64,000 nt of DNA, taken from NCBI GenBank assembly GCA_030704615.1, contig CM060731.1, forward strand, positions 3,472,001 to 3,536,000. Reading direction: 5' to 3'. Below are positions 9,501 through 19,440 of this stretch, one piece after another. The position numbers and the translations under genes are program-made. Source of the stretch: Takakia lepidozioides. Its lineage: Eukaryota > Plantae > Bryophyta. Position 1 is the first letter of the stretch. Every line of letters starts with the position of its first letter. The notes beneath the pieces were generated by a model. It was not told where the DNA came from. It was given only the letters and a program-made list of their open reading frames with translations, and made no database searches.

Positions 9501-12040
9501 CTGATTAGAATTGATAATGTCCTTGAATGGCGTTGACGACATTCACATCCGGAGTTGTTGAGAGGTCCTCAGAGTTATGTAAATTTTTGTAATGTCCATA
9601 GAGGTTACAGTGAGGGTTCCTCACTTCATATTGCTGAATGTCAATGCAGACATTCAGTTGTTCTGCATTGTTTTTGCCTCATGCGAGGAATCTGGAGGCT
9701 TGATAAGCTCTGTTATGAGAAATCCAAAGTGAATGTCGTTGACGACATTCACTTCTGTGTCTATATTATTCAACAGCGACAATTTGAATTTACATGGATT
9801 GGGAGCTCAGTAATTGGTTCCTTGTTGGTATTTTTGTAAATGGCGTTGACGCCATTCACATACAGTGTTGTTGTGAGGTCCTCAGTGATATGTTCGTTAT
9901 GAATGTGCATTGAGTTTTCCTGGAGGGTTCCTTACTCGAGTTTATGATTTCCATCCTGTGATTTTGCTTCATTTGAGGAATAATTAGGCTTGATTAGTGA
10001 ATGTCGTTGACGACATTCACTTCTATGTCTGTGTCATTCCAAAACGATAGTTTGCATTCACCTGGATTAGGGTGTATTTACAGTATCATTGTATGGAATG
10101 TTTTGAATGGCGTTGACGACATTCACATCTGGAGCATTCGTGTGGTCCTGAAAGGTCCTTGGAGCAGTTCTCAGAGCCATTTCAATCTATGTTTTTTTCA
10201 TTCTGTTCTACTTGCATCTTACTCACTGAGCGCTTTTGTGGGTTGGGATTTATCTCCTTTTTTCAGGTACACGAAATATGTGCTTATGGAAGGAAATCAC
10301 CTGAGCGGAATTCCAGACTATCTTGACATGTGGTCGGACCCTGCAAACGATCCAACCATGTATACTGCAGGGATATTGAAGGACTGGAGTCCTTCTCACT
10401 TCAGAGACTGTGGGTGGTACCTTGAATGCCCACCGGAGCACACGATCTTTCAAGAACAGCATATGAAATACTTGAACAATAACGCTGAGATGCTGGCGCC
10501 TTTGATTGACGAAGAGTACCAACGAAACATAGCAACATTGGCTGCCAAGGAGCCTGATGCTCAGGGAACGCCGCAGAAGGGAAAGAAGACGGGCCGCAAA
10601 CCAAAAGACAAGGCTGTTGATGTCATAGCCATCTCACCAGCAAAGCCAAAGGACAAAGACAAGTCCAAAGAGAAGGAAAAGGACAAGGGGAAGGAGAAAG
10701 AAAAGGAGATGGAGAGTGCGCAGGACTTTACTGCTGGAAGATATACCCGCACTGTTCAGTGCGTGTTCGATGCCAAGCCACACCCTTCCCGTTCTGATTC
10801 GGCAGGAGAGATGAAAATTGTTAATGAGGGTTGGCTGTCGATGATGCAGAGTCGAAAGAGAGGATACACTGGGGTGCCATCGCCTACCTGGGACAATATA
10901 ATCTCATTCCTCAATCTGGTGAGAATTCCAGTTTCTTTCCTTTTTCTTTGAAAGTTTCGTTGGCAGTATTTCAGTCTCGTTCTTTAAAAACATTCTTGCT
11001 TTCGTTCTTATAAAAAACATGTATGTTGCAGGTGAGCACAGGTCCCACCTTCGTGTGCGGTGTGCAGAAAACTTATGCGGCCGACATTGTCATTCTCGAC
11101 ATTCCGGATGGCCAGGCTGTGCCAGAAGTTCTTCCAAAGGGCAAGACGCCAGGCTGGAACAAATTCGAGGACAACTACTGGAGTTGGGTATTCGGGTTCT
11201 GTAATAACTTCCTCTCTGATGCAGGGACACTTCTGCTTTTTCAGTCATGTGACAATGATAGTCGTCGGGCATTGGCATCATACCTCTGGTAAGCCATCTC
11301 CCTTCTGCTTGTGCTTTCATGATGAGTTTCAATGTTCTCTGCAGCTCCACTCTAGTAGAATCTGTTATGATCGACAACGATCATCACCGATTCGTGATAA
11401 AAATGATTTTTTTGTGTCTGAGTTCTGAATAGCCGATGTACACAGTTCCACTATACATTGTGTTTACCACACTAACCTGCTATCTTTGGCAGACGAGGAT
11501 GTTCGAGGCGATCTGCCTGCGGAGGATTCGCACCTCAAAGACACCATCCTCCATCCGCAGCTTTGAGATTTCTGACCAGGGTTGTTTCGTCAACCCCCCC
11601 TATGAGCCCCATGTCGATGACATTTTGTACAACTTCATGCAGTCCAGTCAGACTCTGAAGAGACCAGATGGCACTCCCTGGAGAGGTGCAAAGGAAAAGT
11701 CCCCAGCGTTCATGCAAATACTGCTGGAGTCATGCAGCCACCGCTCTGCACGGGTGGTCGATCTTTCTGTGTCCACAGGTTCGTTCTTTCCCTTCCGAAT
11801 TGGTTTTCTTTCAACAGTTTCATCTGCTTAAATCCCCCCCACCAAACTGTTCATGTCCTCCTGTGTGGTGCAGGAGCAACTTACCATGCATGTAAGGCAG
11901 GCGGAAGAAGCCTTTTTGGCATGGAGGGTGATTCTGACCTCTACAACACAGTGCTCCTCCCCCTTTTGTCTGGCTCCACTTCAGGCACACAGACTGATCG
12001 GATTCAAATTCGAAATGATGACGATCCCGAAGATAAGTAA
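6551..12040 (+). CDS. Multi-exon ParB/Srx-fold + beta-class N4C/N6A DNA methyltransferase-like fusion protein (transposon cargo)
   Basis: Approximate exons: 6551-6844, 7572-8200, 8295-8487, 8572-9011, 9097-9323, 10267-10918, 11032-~11288, 11493-11778, 11874-12040, with GT-AG junctions that mostly keep frame. ParB-like: IPLCRM..MPVVRP...FYVWDGNHRLLAW. MTase-like in beta order: ADIVILDIPD (IV), FLSDAGTLLLF (VI), KEKSPAFMQILLESCS (X), VVDLSVSTGATYHAC (I), GRSLFGMEGD (II). Exon 1 and the 11288-11493 region are uncertain, and there are a few frameshifts. Confidence 0.75.
7021..7236. repeat. ~46-bp direct duplication in intron 1 of the cargo gene
   Basis: cagatcatacagtctgtctgattgcctttcaaggagtccttcctctt (~7022) versus cagaccatacagtctgtctgattgccttcaagcagtccttcctctt (~7189). 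Confidence 0.8.
9404..10125. repeat. Array of six 22-bp palindromes (consensus TGAATGKCGTTGACGACATTCA) inside the 943-bp intron 9324-10266
   Basis: Copies start at 9404, 9524, 9730, 9837, 9998 and 10104. GTC and GGC variants alternate, forming three diverged dimer units. Confidence 0.92.
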
Positions 12041-12519
12041 GTCGACAACGACTTTTCATGTGAGTAAGTGCTAAACCCTCTTTGGGAGCCATACTCAATT
12101 TCTCAATAACATCAAAGTTACAGTAATAACTTTTTCAGGCTGACTTTCAGGAAAGGCAGCGGTGGATCTTCAGGAGATACAGTCATTTCTGGCGAGTCTG
12201 TTTTCGACAGCCCCCTTTCCAATTTTCTGCTTCCTGTTTATGCCGAAACAATGGCACTTCACGCGGCCGAGTCCCTATCCCCTGACTTTTTAGTGGCCAG
12301 CCGTAAGTGTATCCAACGTGGATCCGGTGTTCTAAAATACATAGACTTAGATGCAGAGGAAGCGGGGATACATTGTACTGACTCTGAGTCAGACTGAACT
12401 GTATTCTTTTAATATTCATTTTCATACTATCTGGAAAACGTTGAATCCCCTTCCTCCACCGTAGTTGTTCCTTTAGAACAAATAATAATCACATAATCAA
12501 CTTTCATTTAAATTGCAAT

Positions 12520-12880
12520 ATGTATGAATCCATCTCACAAACCTCCCTGACTCTTCTCATATCCATTGTGCATTCATCTATAGTGTATTCATGCGTGCTC
12601 CATTCATGAATTTTTTCCTTTGTTCAACATCCATTGTACATTCATCCTCTGTACTCTTTAATCCATCCCACAAACCTTCCACACTCATTTCATATACGTT
12701 GTGCATTCGTCAAAAGTTTTGGTCATGCATCTTCCTGTCATGAATTTTTGTCATTGCTCAACATCCATTATACATTTATCCATTTTACTCTTATCCATCC
12801 CTCATTCATCCATCTACATTCATTTTTCACACTCATCCATCTGTTTATCATCCAATTGTACATTCATCCATCCTTTATTC
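12520..12880. repeat. CATCCAT/CATTCAT-rich degenerate repeat with a ~135-bp duplication near the right end of the MULE
   Basis: aatccatctcacaaacctccc...ttgtgcattcatc (~12527) versus aatccatcccacaaaccttcc...ttgtgcattcgtc (~12660). Confidence 0.65.
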
Positions 12881-12959
12881 AATGCCTTTTATTATGTCGT
12901 CCAGCTTGTTTCCGCGGTAAAGGGTGCCAATCCGCGGGAATACACTCCACTTCTTTCTG

Positions 12960-13087
12960 GGCGCGTGGTGACGCGGCCTTCACGTGTGATGACGTGGAGT
13001 GAGCCCCGTGAAGTGGCATTTGCGCAAGGTGACGTGGCGTGAGCGCAGTTGCACTCACGTGACTAGGCTCACGCCGAGGCATCCCTG
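12960..13087. repeat. Right terminal/subterminal repeat region of the MULE
   Basis: Clustered cgtga/tcacg/gacgtgg motifs ending gctcacgccgaggcatccctg, immediately before the TSD. Confidence 0.8.
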
Positions 13088-13096
13088 TACCCAGAA

Positions 13097-13210
13097 TATA
13101 CCATGGGAGAAGACTTTGATAGATATCTTCAGATGTTTGAGGTCATTGCTAGTGTCAATGGAGTGCCTGAGAATTTCAAGATGACAATCTTTAGGATGAG
13201 CATGAAGGGG
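13097..13210 (+). pseudogene. 3' continuation of the interrupted gag fragment
   Basis: YTMGEDFDRYLQMFEVIASVNGVPENFKMTIFRMSMKG, in frame with 1271-1513. Confidence 0.55.
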
Positions 13211-13745
13211 GTGTCCTCGGGAGATACTAACGGATCAGGGCAAGGAGTTTTGTAACCAGCTCCTCACGGTGGTTTGTTTCAACTTCGGTGTCAAGCATTC
13301 CACCACCGCTCCATACCATCCCCAGACCAATGGCCTCACGGAACGCTTCAACCAAACTCTTTGCCGAATGTTGGAGAAGAATGGCGCACTTACCAGGGAG
13401 TGGGATACCTTTCTTCCCCCTATTCTCTTTGTTTATCGCACCGCCGTGCATGCTAGCACCAAGAAGACTCCTTTTGAGTTGCTGTATGGTCGCAAGTGTG
13501 TTTCTCCTTTGCATTCTACCCTTCTTATCTCTACTGTTGTTGATCCGGTTGATCTTGAGACCTTTATTGAGGATCTTCATGCTCCCCATGCGGTGTCTAT
13601 CCATGATGCCAAGACGAACATTGGTAAGGCTCAACTAACCCAAGCCCGTAATTTTAACAAGCGTGTCAAGTATTCTAACCTGTTTCAGGTGGGACAGACC
13701 GTGTGCGTTCGATTACAGCATGGCAAGCATGCATGCAAATCTAAG
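13211..13745 (+). pseudogene. Gypsy integrase C-terminal half
   Basis: CPREILTDQGKEFCNQ...TAPYHPQTNGLTERFNQTL...YRTAVHASTKKTPFELLYGR. Confidence 0.9.
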
Positions 13746-13746
13746 C

Positions 13747-14169
13747 TCAAGATCGACGGTCCATACTTGTCAATGGAACCACTACTTCATGCCCTTCTCC
13801 ATTGTTAAAGCGAAGGGAGTAGTCTGCTAGGCTGATGGTGGCACCAGCTCCGGTCATCCAGTCAAGGCCTAGAAGAAATTGATCTCCAATGGTGACTATA
13901 CAGGTAACCACAACCTCTTTTTTATGAATTCTGATGGAAACAGTGACTAGTCCTAAGGGCTCATACCTAGATCCATCTGCAATAAGCACCTCAATACCTG
14001 TGGCAGGGCATAGTTTAAGACCAAGAACTCTCACAACACTCAAATGTATGGCAGATATAGTGCATCCAGTATCAACCACACATGGAAAGCTGAGCTCGTG
14101 GATATGGCACTGGGCCATGAGGGGACTGATCTGCTGGCCAACAATTTGCTGACTGAGAGGACAATGCAA
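13747..14169 (-). pseudogene. Gypsy aspartic protease
   Basis: CVVDTGCTISAI...FLLGLDWM. Confidence 0.88.
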
Positions 14170-14264
14170 AGCTTTGAAGTTAGTAGATAGAACAGCTTGA
14201 ATCGGAACAGAAGAAACAGGGTTGGTAGATGATGGACCTCTTGCCCCCTTCCCAAGAGATCGTG

Positions 14265-14790
14265 CTAGTTTAAAGAAGGGAAAGAGCCATTAGTTGTCTT
14301 CTTGTTCTTGATCAGCTCTGGTAGCCCTGCTTTGTCTGGAAAATGCTTCGTCCAATGTTCAAAAAACCCACAAATGTAACAGGCAGCACGATTGCCCTCA
14401 TAGGCTTGCCCAGTTTGGGTTCGACCTCTATTGTTACCCCGTGTTGTTCCTTGGCTGTGTCGAGGCTGCCATCTCTGTTGATGAGCCTGCATGGCAACAA
14501 ACTGAGTGGTCACAGACTCACTAAGACTTCCCACAGTATTAGCCAACCCCTGAAGAGTAAAATCATCAGCTTTATATGTCTTAGCAGGAGGAACATAGGG
14601 TGAGGATGTTGCAGACATGCCAAGCTCTGAGCCCACTGGAGCTTGAAACTTGGCACGATGGTGCATTGATTTGTTGTCAGCCAAGTCTGCCATTTTAAGA
14701 TTAATTTCAGCTAACATAGTCTTGTCATTAACAAAATGACGTCGCTGAGCCCAATTCTGAATAGTGGAAGGCAACCCAAGGAGAAAATAC
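14265..14790 (-). pseudogene. Gypsy gag C-terminus with degenerate zinc knuckle
   Basis: CYICGFFEHWTKHF, directly upstream of the protease on the same strand. Confidence 0.7.
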
Positions 14791-14889
14791 TTTTAAACCA
14801 TATGATCCCTCTTTGCCGGGGTCTATGATGTTGAGGCTGAGATCATCAATGACGGCTGCATGCAGTAAGTCATGAGCTGGTCCCACATA

Positions 14890-15550
14890 AGGATCTCATT
14901 GAAGAAAAACTGAGCTACAACATCACTAGCCTTGGAACGCAAAGGCCGGACTTCTACCCACTTAGTCAAGTAATCGGTAGCAACACAAAGGTAGCTTCAA
15001 CCCTTTGATGTGAGTGCGAGGGGTCCTACCAAGTCAATGCCAACACGAGCAAAAGCATGGGTGACAGGCAAAGGCTGCAGCTCATACAAGATCCGGGCCC
15101 TAGGGAGAGCAATGTTAGTACGACAACCTTCACACTTAGAGATGAACTCGGTGACATCTCGGTGAATTCCCAGCCAATAGTATACCTCTTGGATGCGGGC
15201 CACAGTTTTCTTGATACCAAGGTGACCTGCATACAAGGAACAATGGAAGCGCTCCAATAAAGCATTCAGCTGGCTCCGTGGTGGCACCTCCAAGTAGCAT
15301 GGCACTCCTCCTCTAGTGAGCTCCTTGAAAAGCTTATCACCCAAAAAACGGTGAGTAGACACATGATAGAGAATTTATTTACGCAAGGACTCGAAAAGGC
15401 CAGCTGGTGAACGCCCTGATTGGCATCGCTGGAGTAGCGCAACATGTAGCTGATCATCCATGACTGCACTGCACATAAGAGGTAGACAATGGGTTTTAGA
15501 GAAGGTGGTCTGGAGTGCCTGCCCCTATGATCTCCAACCAGGGATACCTT
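14890..15550 (-). pseudogene. Gypsy integrase N-terminal half
   Basis: HCSLYAGHLGIKKT...YYW...CEGC...RVGIDLVGPL, then TDYLTKWVEV after an internal stop. Confidence 0.88.
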
Positions 15551-15752
15551 CATCTCATTTGTTACTACTCATGGACAGCCAAATCAGGCCTTGAGGCTCA
15601 AGCCAATAGTCACACCGGAGTGCAGCAGCCGAATCACAACAAACTCGGGGGCCTAGAAAGAGAAGGACTGAAACACAACAAAAATCTTCCACCAAACTAT
15701 CCGAATTCTCACGAAGCGATAGATCCACCACACATACTAACACACGAATAAA

Positions 15753-16620
15753 TCAACCAGGTTCATCTAATAGGCTAGACCAGCCCCATGCAGCCAATAT
15801 GCCATGAGAATCGAGGGCCAAAGGTTGCTGATCTGCACAAAGAAGGTTGAGAAGAGGGGCAGGATCAGGAGGAGGGGCAGCATCAGCAGCAACAAGGTCA
15901 TCCATGGTGAGCATAGGCCTGCTGACAGGAGGATCAACCCGCGTGATTGCATCAGCATTTGTGTTTTCCTTGCCCTTCTTGTAAACTATTTCCATGTCAA
16001 ATTCCTGCAGGTACATAGCCCATCTAGCAAGTCTGCCATGAAGTTCCCTGGGCTTAACAAGAGCTTTTAGTGGCTACCACAAACCGGCTGCCATGTAAAT
16101 ATTGCCCGAAATGCTTTACACCAAAAATCAGGGCTAGACCCTCCTTATCAGATATGGAATAATTCCTTTCATGACGATCTAGACGACGAGATGCATAGGC
16201 TATTACATGCTCTTTGCCTTCTACAACTTGACATAAGATTGCAGAGATGACAACATCTGATGCATCAGTCTGAAGCAAGAAAGGTAATTCAAAATTGAGA
16301 AACAACAGGATGGGAGCTGAACACAAGGCCTTGCGAAGGGTGTCAAAAGTAGCCTGCTGGGCGAAGGTCTATTCAAACCTGACATCTTTACACAACACCT
16401 TGGTTATAGGGTGAGCAAGCTTGGCAAAGTTATTTATGAAGCGCCTATAATAAGAAGCCAGACCAAGGAAGGATTTGATACAATGTTTATCCCTAGGGAT
16501 AGGAAAGCCCCAAACAGACTCAAGCTTGGCAGGATCAGGAAACAAACCATCTTTGGACAGAACATGGCCAAGAAAGTGCAGCTCAGGCACGAATAGCTCA
16601 CACTTCTTGGGATAGGAGTG
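15753..16620 (-). pseudogene. Gypsy RT C-terminus and RNase H (most of RT deleted)
   Basis: LHFLGHVLSKDG...SFLGLASYYRRFINNFA; LQTDASD...IAYASRRL...RNYSISDKEGLA; LQEFDMEIVYKKGKENTNADAITR. Confidence 0.9.
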
Positions 16621-16879
16621 CGCCCTAGATTAGTGGATCCCAAACTGAAAATATCTAGATTCTTTGCAATAAGCATTTCCACTTTCCTCCTTTGTCCAGA
16701 GGAGAGAGTTGTGCCCAACTTGATTTCAGATAAGACTTTGGTGAGGATCGTCTTACCTTCTGGGCTGAGATCAGGGACAGGTGGTGGAGCAACTGCAGCA
16801 AAGGCAATAACCTCATCAAAGGGTCCATGTTGGATGCCAATGGCCTCAAGTCCAAAGCCAACATGCACCTCTTGTATTT

Positions 16880-17170
16880 CATCAATGGGCAGAGCAGTAA
16901 TGCGAGCCAAAACCTGCCCCTTTTTAATAGTCACAAGGAAGCGCTCAAGATTAGCAATCAGGATCTTGACTTCCTGTCTATATCCTCTATCAAGAACACC
17001 AGTGGCCACCAGGCAGTGCTTAAGGGCAGTCAATCTCCTCCAACCCTCAACTTCTAGGAAATGAGCAGCTGGACACAAGAAAGCCAGACCAGACTTGACC
17101 ACCTTCTAGGTCAAGGCAGGGATGGTGATGTTGAGAGGTGCATGAATTAGAGTAGAATTTTTTGGAATAA
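16880..17170 (-). pseudogene. dUTPase-like domain in Gypsy pol, upstream of the RT linker
   Basis: APLNITIPA..KVVKSGLAFLCP...VATGVLDRGYRQEVKILIANL...IKKGQVLARI follows the trimeric dUTPase motif layout (motif III GVIDxDYRGE). Confidence 0.7.
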
Positions 17171-17829
17171 CTATGGGCACCCCTGTCCTATTCCTAGCAC
17201 CTGGAACATGCCACTGATATAAGAGTTGAAGATCAAGCTGAAACTTGTAGAAATCATTCCAATTGAGGTTGGAGTGAGAGTTCTGTTGTACCTCTTTTAC
17301 CAAGTGACATGAATGACCCTCGTGGGATGCTCCACTGCATGGTACGGGTCTTTAGGATCAACCACCCCCTATCAGATTTTACGTGGGCGACGTGCTCTTT
17401 TTCTTCCCCAAGGCTCTAACACTGAAGTACGGGATGAACCTGTTTCTTTGACAGACTTGGTGCATTCCGTGCTCATTTTTGATCTCACATGTATCAATGT
17501 GGAGGGGCGCACTGTGGGGTGATGTCTTGATCTTCTTCGCGATCTGCTTCAGCTTACTCCACTTCTCTTCTCAGCGGCTTAGTCTTAGTTTACGGCTAAT
17601 GCCTCTTAGGATCCTCGGACTTGCCATCTCTAGGCATTAGAACATTTCTAAGACATCTCACCATCTGTACTCCCTGCACGGTTTTCCTAGCCAAGGGTTT
17701 TGTCCTCGGCCCAACTTGCAGGTGCCAGGTTTTCCCTTGGTAGGTTTTTTACCCAGCAGTGGAGGGTGATATTTTCCCATCATTGTTTTTCTTCGCGGAG
17801 CTCAGGATTTTTCGTGGGGGGTAGGCTTC

Positions 17830-18315
17830 ACAGATGTAAAGCCCCATACTTGCCTAGCCTGAAAATAGCCCGTTTCATCCAAAATGGCGATACATATTCA
17901 TAGTATATTTTTTGGCGTATAAAGCCGTTAATCCGTTACAATGATGTTTCGGTTAGGGTTAGTTTAGGCTGGTGGCTTGATCCTGGCCCTTCATCAGATC
18001 GAGGGCTGCAAGACAGCACCGTGGGCTTTGGCCTATGATGCGTCGTTACGCGGCAGGCCACTATGGTTAGGGCTTTTGTATAAAGACGGCGCCCTGACAC
18101 AAGGTCAGGGCGGAGTACTCGGGTGTTGGTGTATATGTGATTTTGGTGTACAAGTTTTGGATGAGAGCTGCTTAGTGTCTGATTCGTGTGTTTGATCCTC
18201 CTCTCGTGCGCTGCTGCTCTTTCCGCTCGCCCCTTTGTTGTGTAACTTCGTTTCTTGAGAGGAAATGAGTATATGCTTCAGGCTTGTTTTAAGGCTTCAC
18301 AGGCTCCACGGCGTA
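17830..18315 (+). mobile_element. Possible degraded LTR preceding a gag remnant
   Basis: Preceded by purine tract GGGGGGTAGG, contains tataaag, ends near ...taaca/tgaca-agtgg. No second copy in the window. Confidence 0.3.
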
Positions 18316-18599
18316 ACATGACAAGTGGGATTTTATGCTATTTAAAGCCCACCAAAACTACACTAGGCGCTAGGTTTTTAGATGAGCGCGGTGGGGGCGA
18401 CCGAGCGGCTAGTGGAAGAGGAATGCTACTCTTCTGAATGTGAGGTTGCTCGAAAACAAGAGGCATCTGATATGAGGATTTGGATCTCGAGAATCCTTCG
18501 AAGGCTGATCCGTCAGACCAACAGATGTCTCGAACGCCACAAACATTTTGGGAAGTGCTTATAAAAGCGCAAACTTGGCGCAATTTGATGGGAGTCCCT

Positions 18600-19440
18600 T
18601 AAAAGATGTGTGAAAGCTGCCAATGCCACTTCCACAAAGGCAAAGCTTAAGATCATGAAACCAAAGGAGCTCGACACTTTTGAGGGCATCTAGAATCGGA
18701 AGGTGCCTAATATTTGGCTCCTAGAGTTGGAGCAGTACTTCCAAGCAGTCAAACTAAGTGACGAGGACCGAGTGAAAGTGGCTCCCACTTATTTGAGGGG
18801 CTATGCTTAACAATGGTGGCAGGAGCTCCTTCAGAACCAAGGATCCACCACGGAGGCAATTAGCTGGAGTGTGTTCAAGGAACTCATGAAAGAATACTTT
18901 GTGCCCCTCAAGTGTCCTAGCTCGCACGAACAAGTGGAGGAATCTGAAATAGATGGATGACATTTGGGGTTATGTTCAAGCGCCTTTCAATTTGCTATTG
19001 CTTGAAATCTCAAATATGGGAAAACCTGAAATGGTCTTCAACTTGTAGTGAGACTAGCTCCTGCATGGGCTAGGTGAAAATTGGAGGACTAGAAGCTACC
19101 AAAGACTTTAAGTGAGGCGATTGAAAAGGCTGAATATTTCTGGGATGTACATGTTCCAAGGGGTGACAAAGCAAGTCATACGGAGTTAAATCATAAAATA
19201 ACTTGGCGGAAGGGTGATTCTTTCCATTTGAATGAAGTGTGGGATAGGCCATACGGCGAGGATGAAGACGGGGCGCCAAAGGCGACGCCTTCGCATTCCA
19301 AGATGACTGGAGGCTCAAATATTACATAGACAAAAACGGAGAGGCATAAGGGGCCTCATCGAATGACGAGGAAGGGTACATGTTTCGATTGCGGAAAACT
19401 TGGCCACTTGCAACGAGAGTGCCTTAAACCTAGGAAGTTG
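18600..19440 (+). pseudogene. Ty3/Gypsy gag remnant with CCHC zinc knuckle
   Basis: KPKELDTFEG...WLLELEQYFQAVKLSDEDRVKVAPTYLRGYA*QWW...ISWSVFKELMKEYFVP; CFDCGKLGHLQREC at ~19381-19422; several stops. Confidence 0.85.

Larger units (their letters stand above)
1514..13087. mobile_element. 11.6-kb Mutator-like (MULE) DNA transposon carrying a transposase and a ParB-methyltransferase cargo gene
   Basis: Exact 9-bp TSD TACCCAGAA at 1505-1513 and 13088-13096. Imperfect terminal inverted repeats: CAACGACGCAATGGCGTGA versus CAGGGATGCCTCGGCGTGA (right end, reverse complement). CGTGA-rich subterminal repeats at both ends. Internal MULE-type DDE transposase. The flanks rejoin into one gag frame. Confidence 0.88.

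Noticed and set aside
9404-10125. CRISPR array (palindromic repeats with spacers)
   Set aside because: Eukaryotic intron with no cas genes; spacers are 84-184 bp, uneven in length and homologous to one another.
10001-10266. N-terminal part of the 316-aa ORF as coding sequence
   Set aside because: It overlaps the palindrome array and lies upstream of the tttcag acceptor at 10266; splicing 9323 to 10267 keeps the frame.
11592-11603. NPPY as the catalytic motif of a gamma-class adenine MTase
   Set aside because: It lies upstream of motif I in the target-recognition region. The surrounding order fits beta class with motif IV at DIPD, so it may be coincidental.
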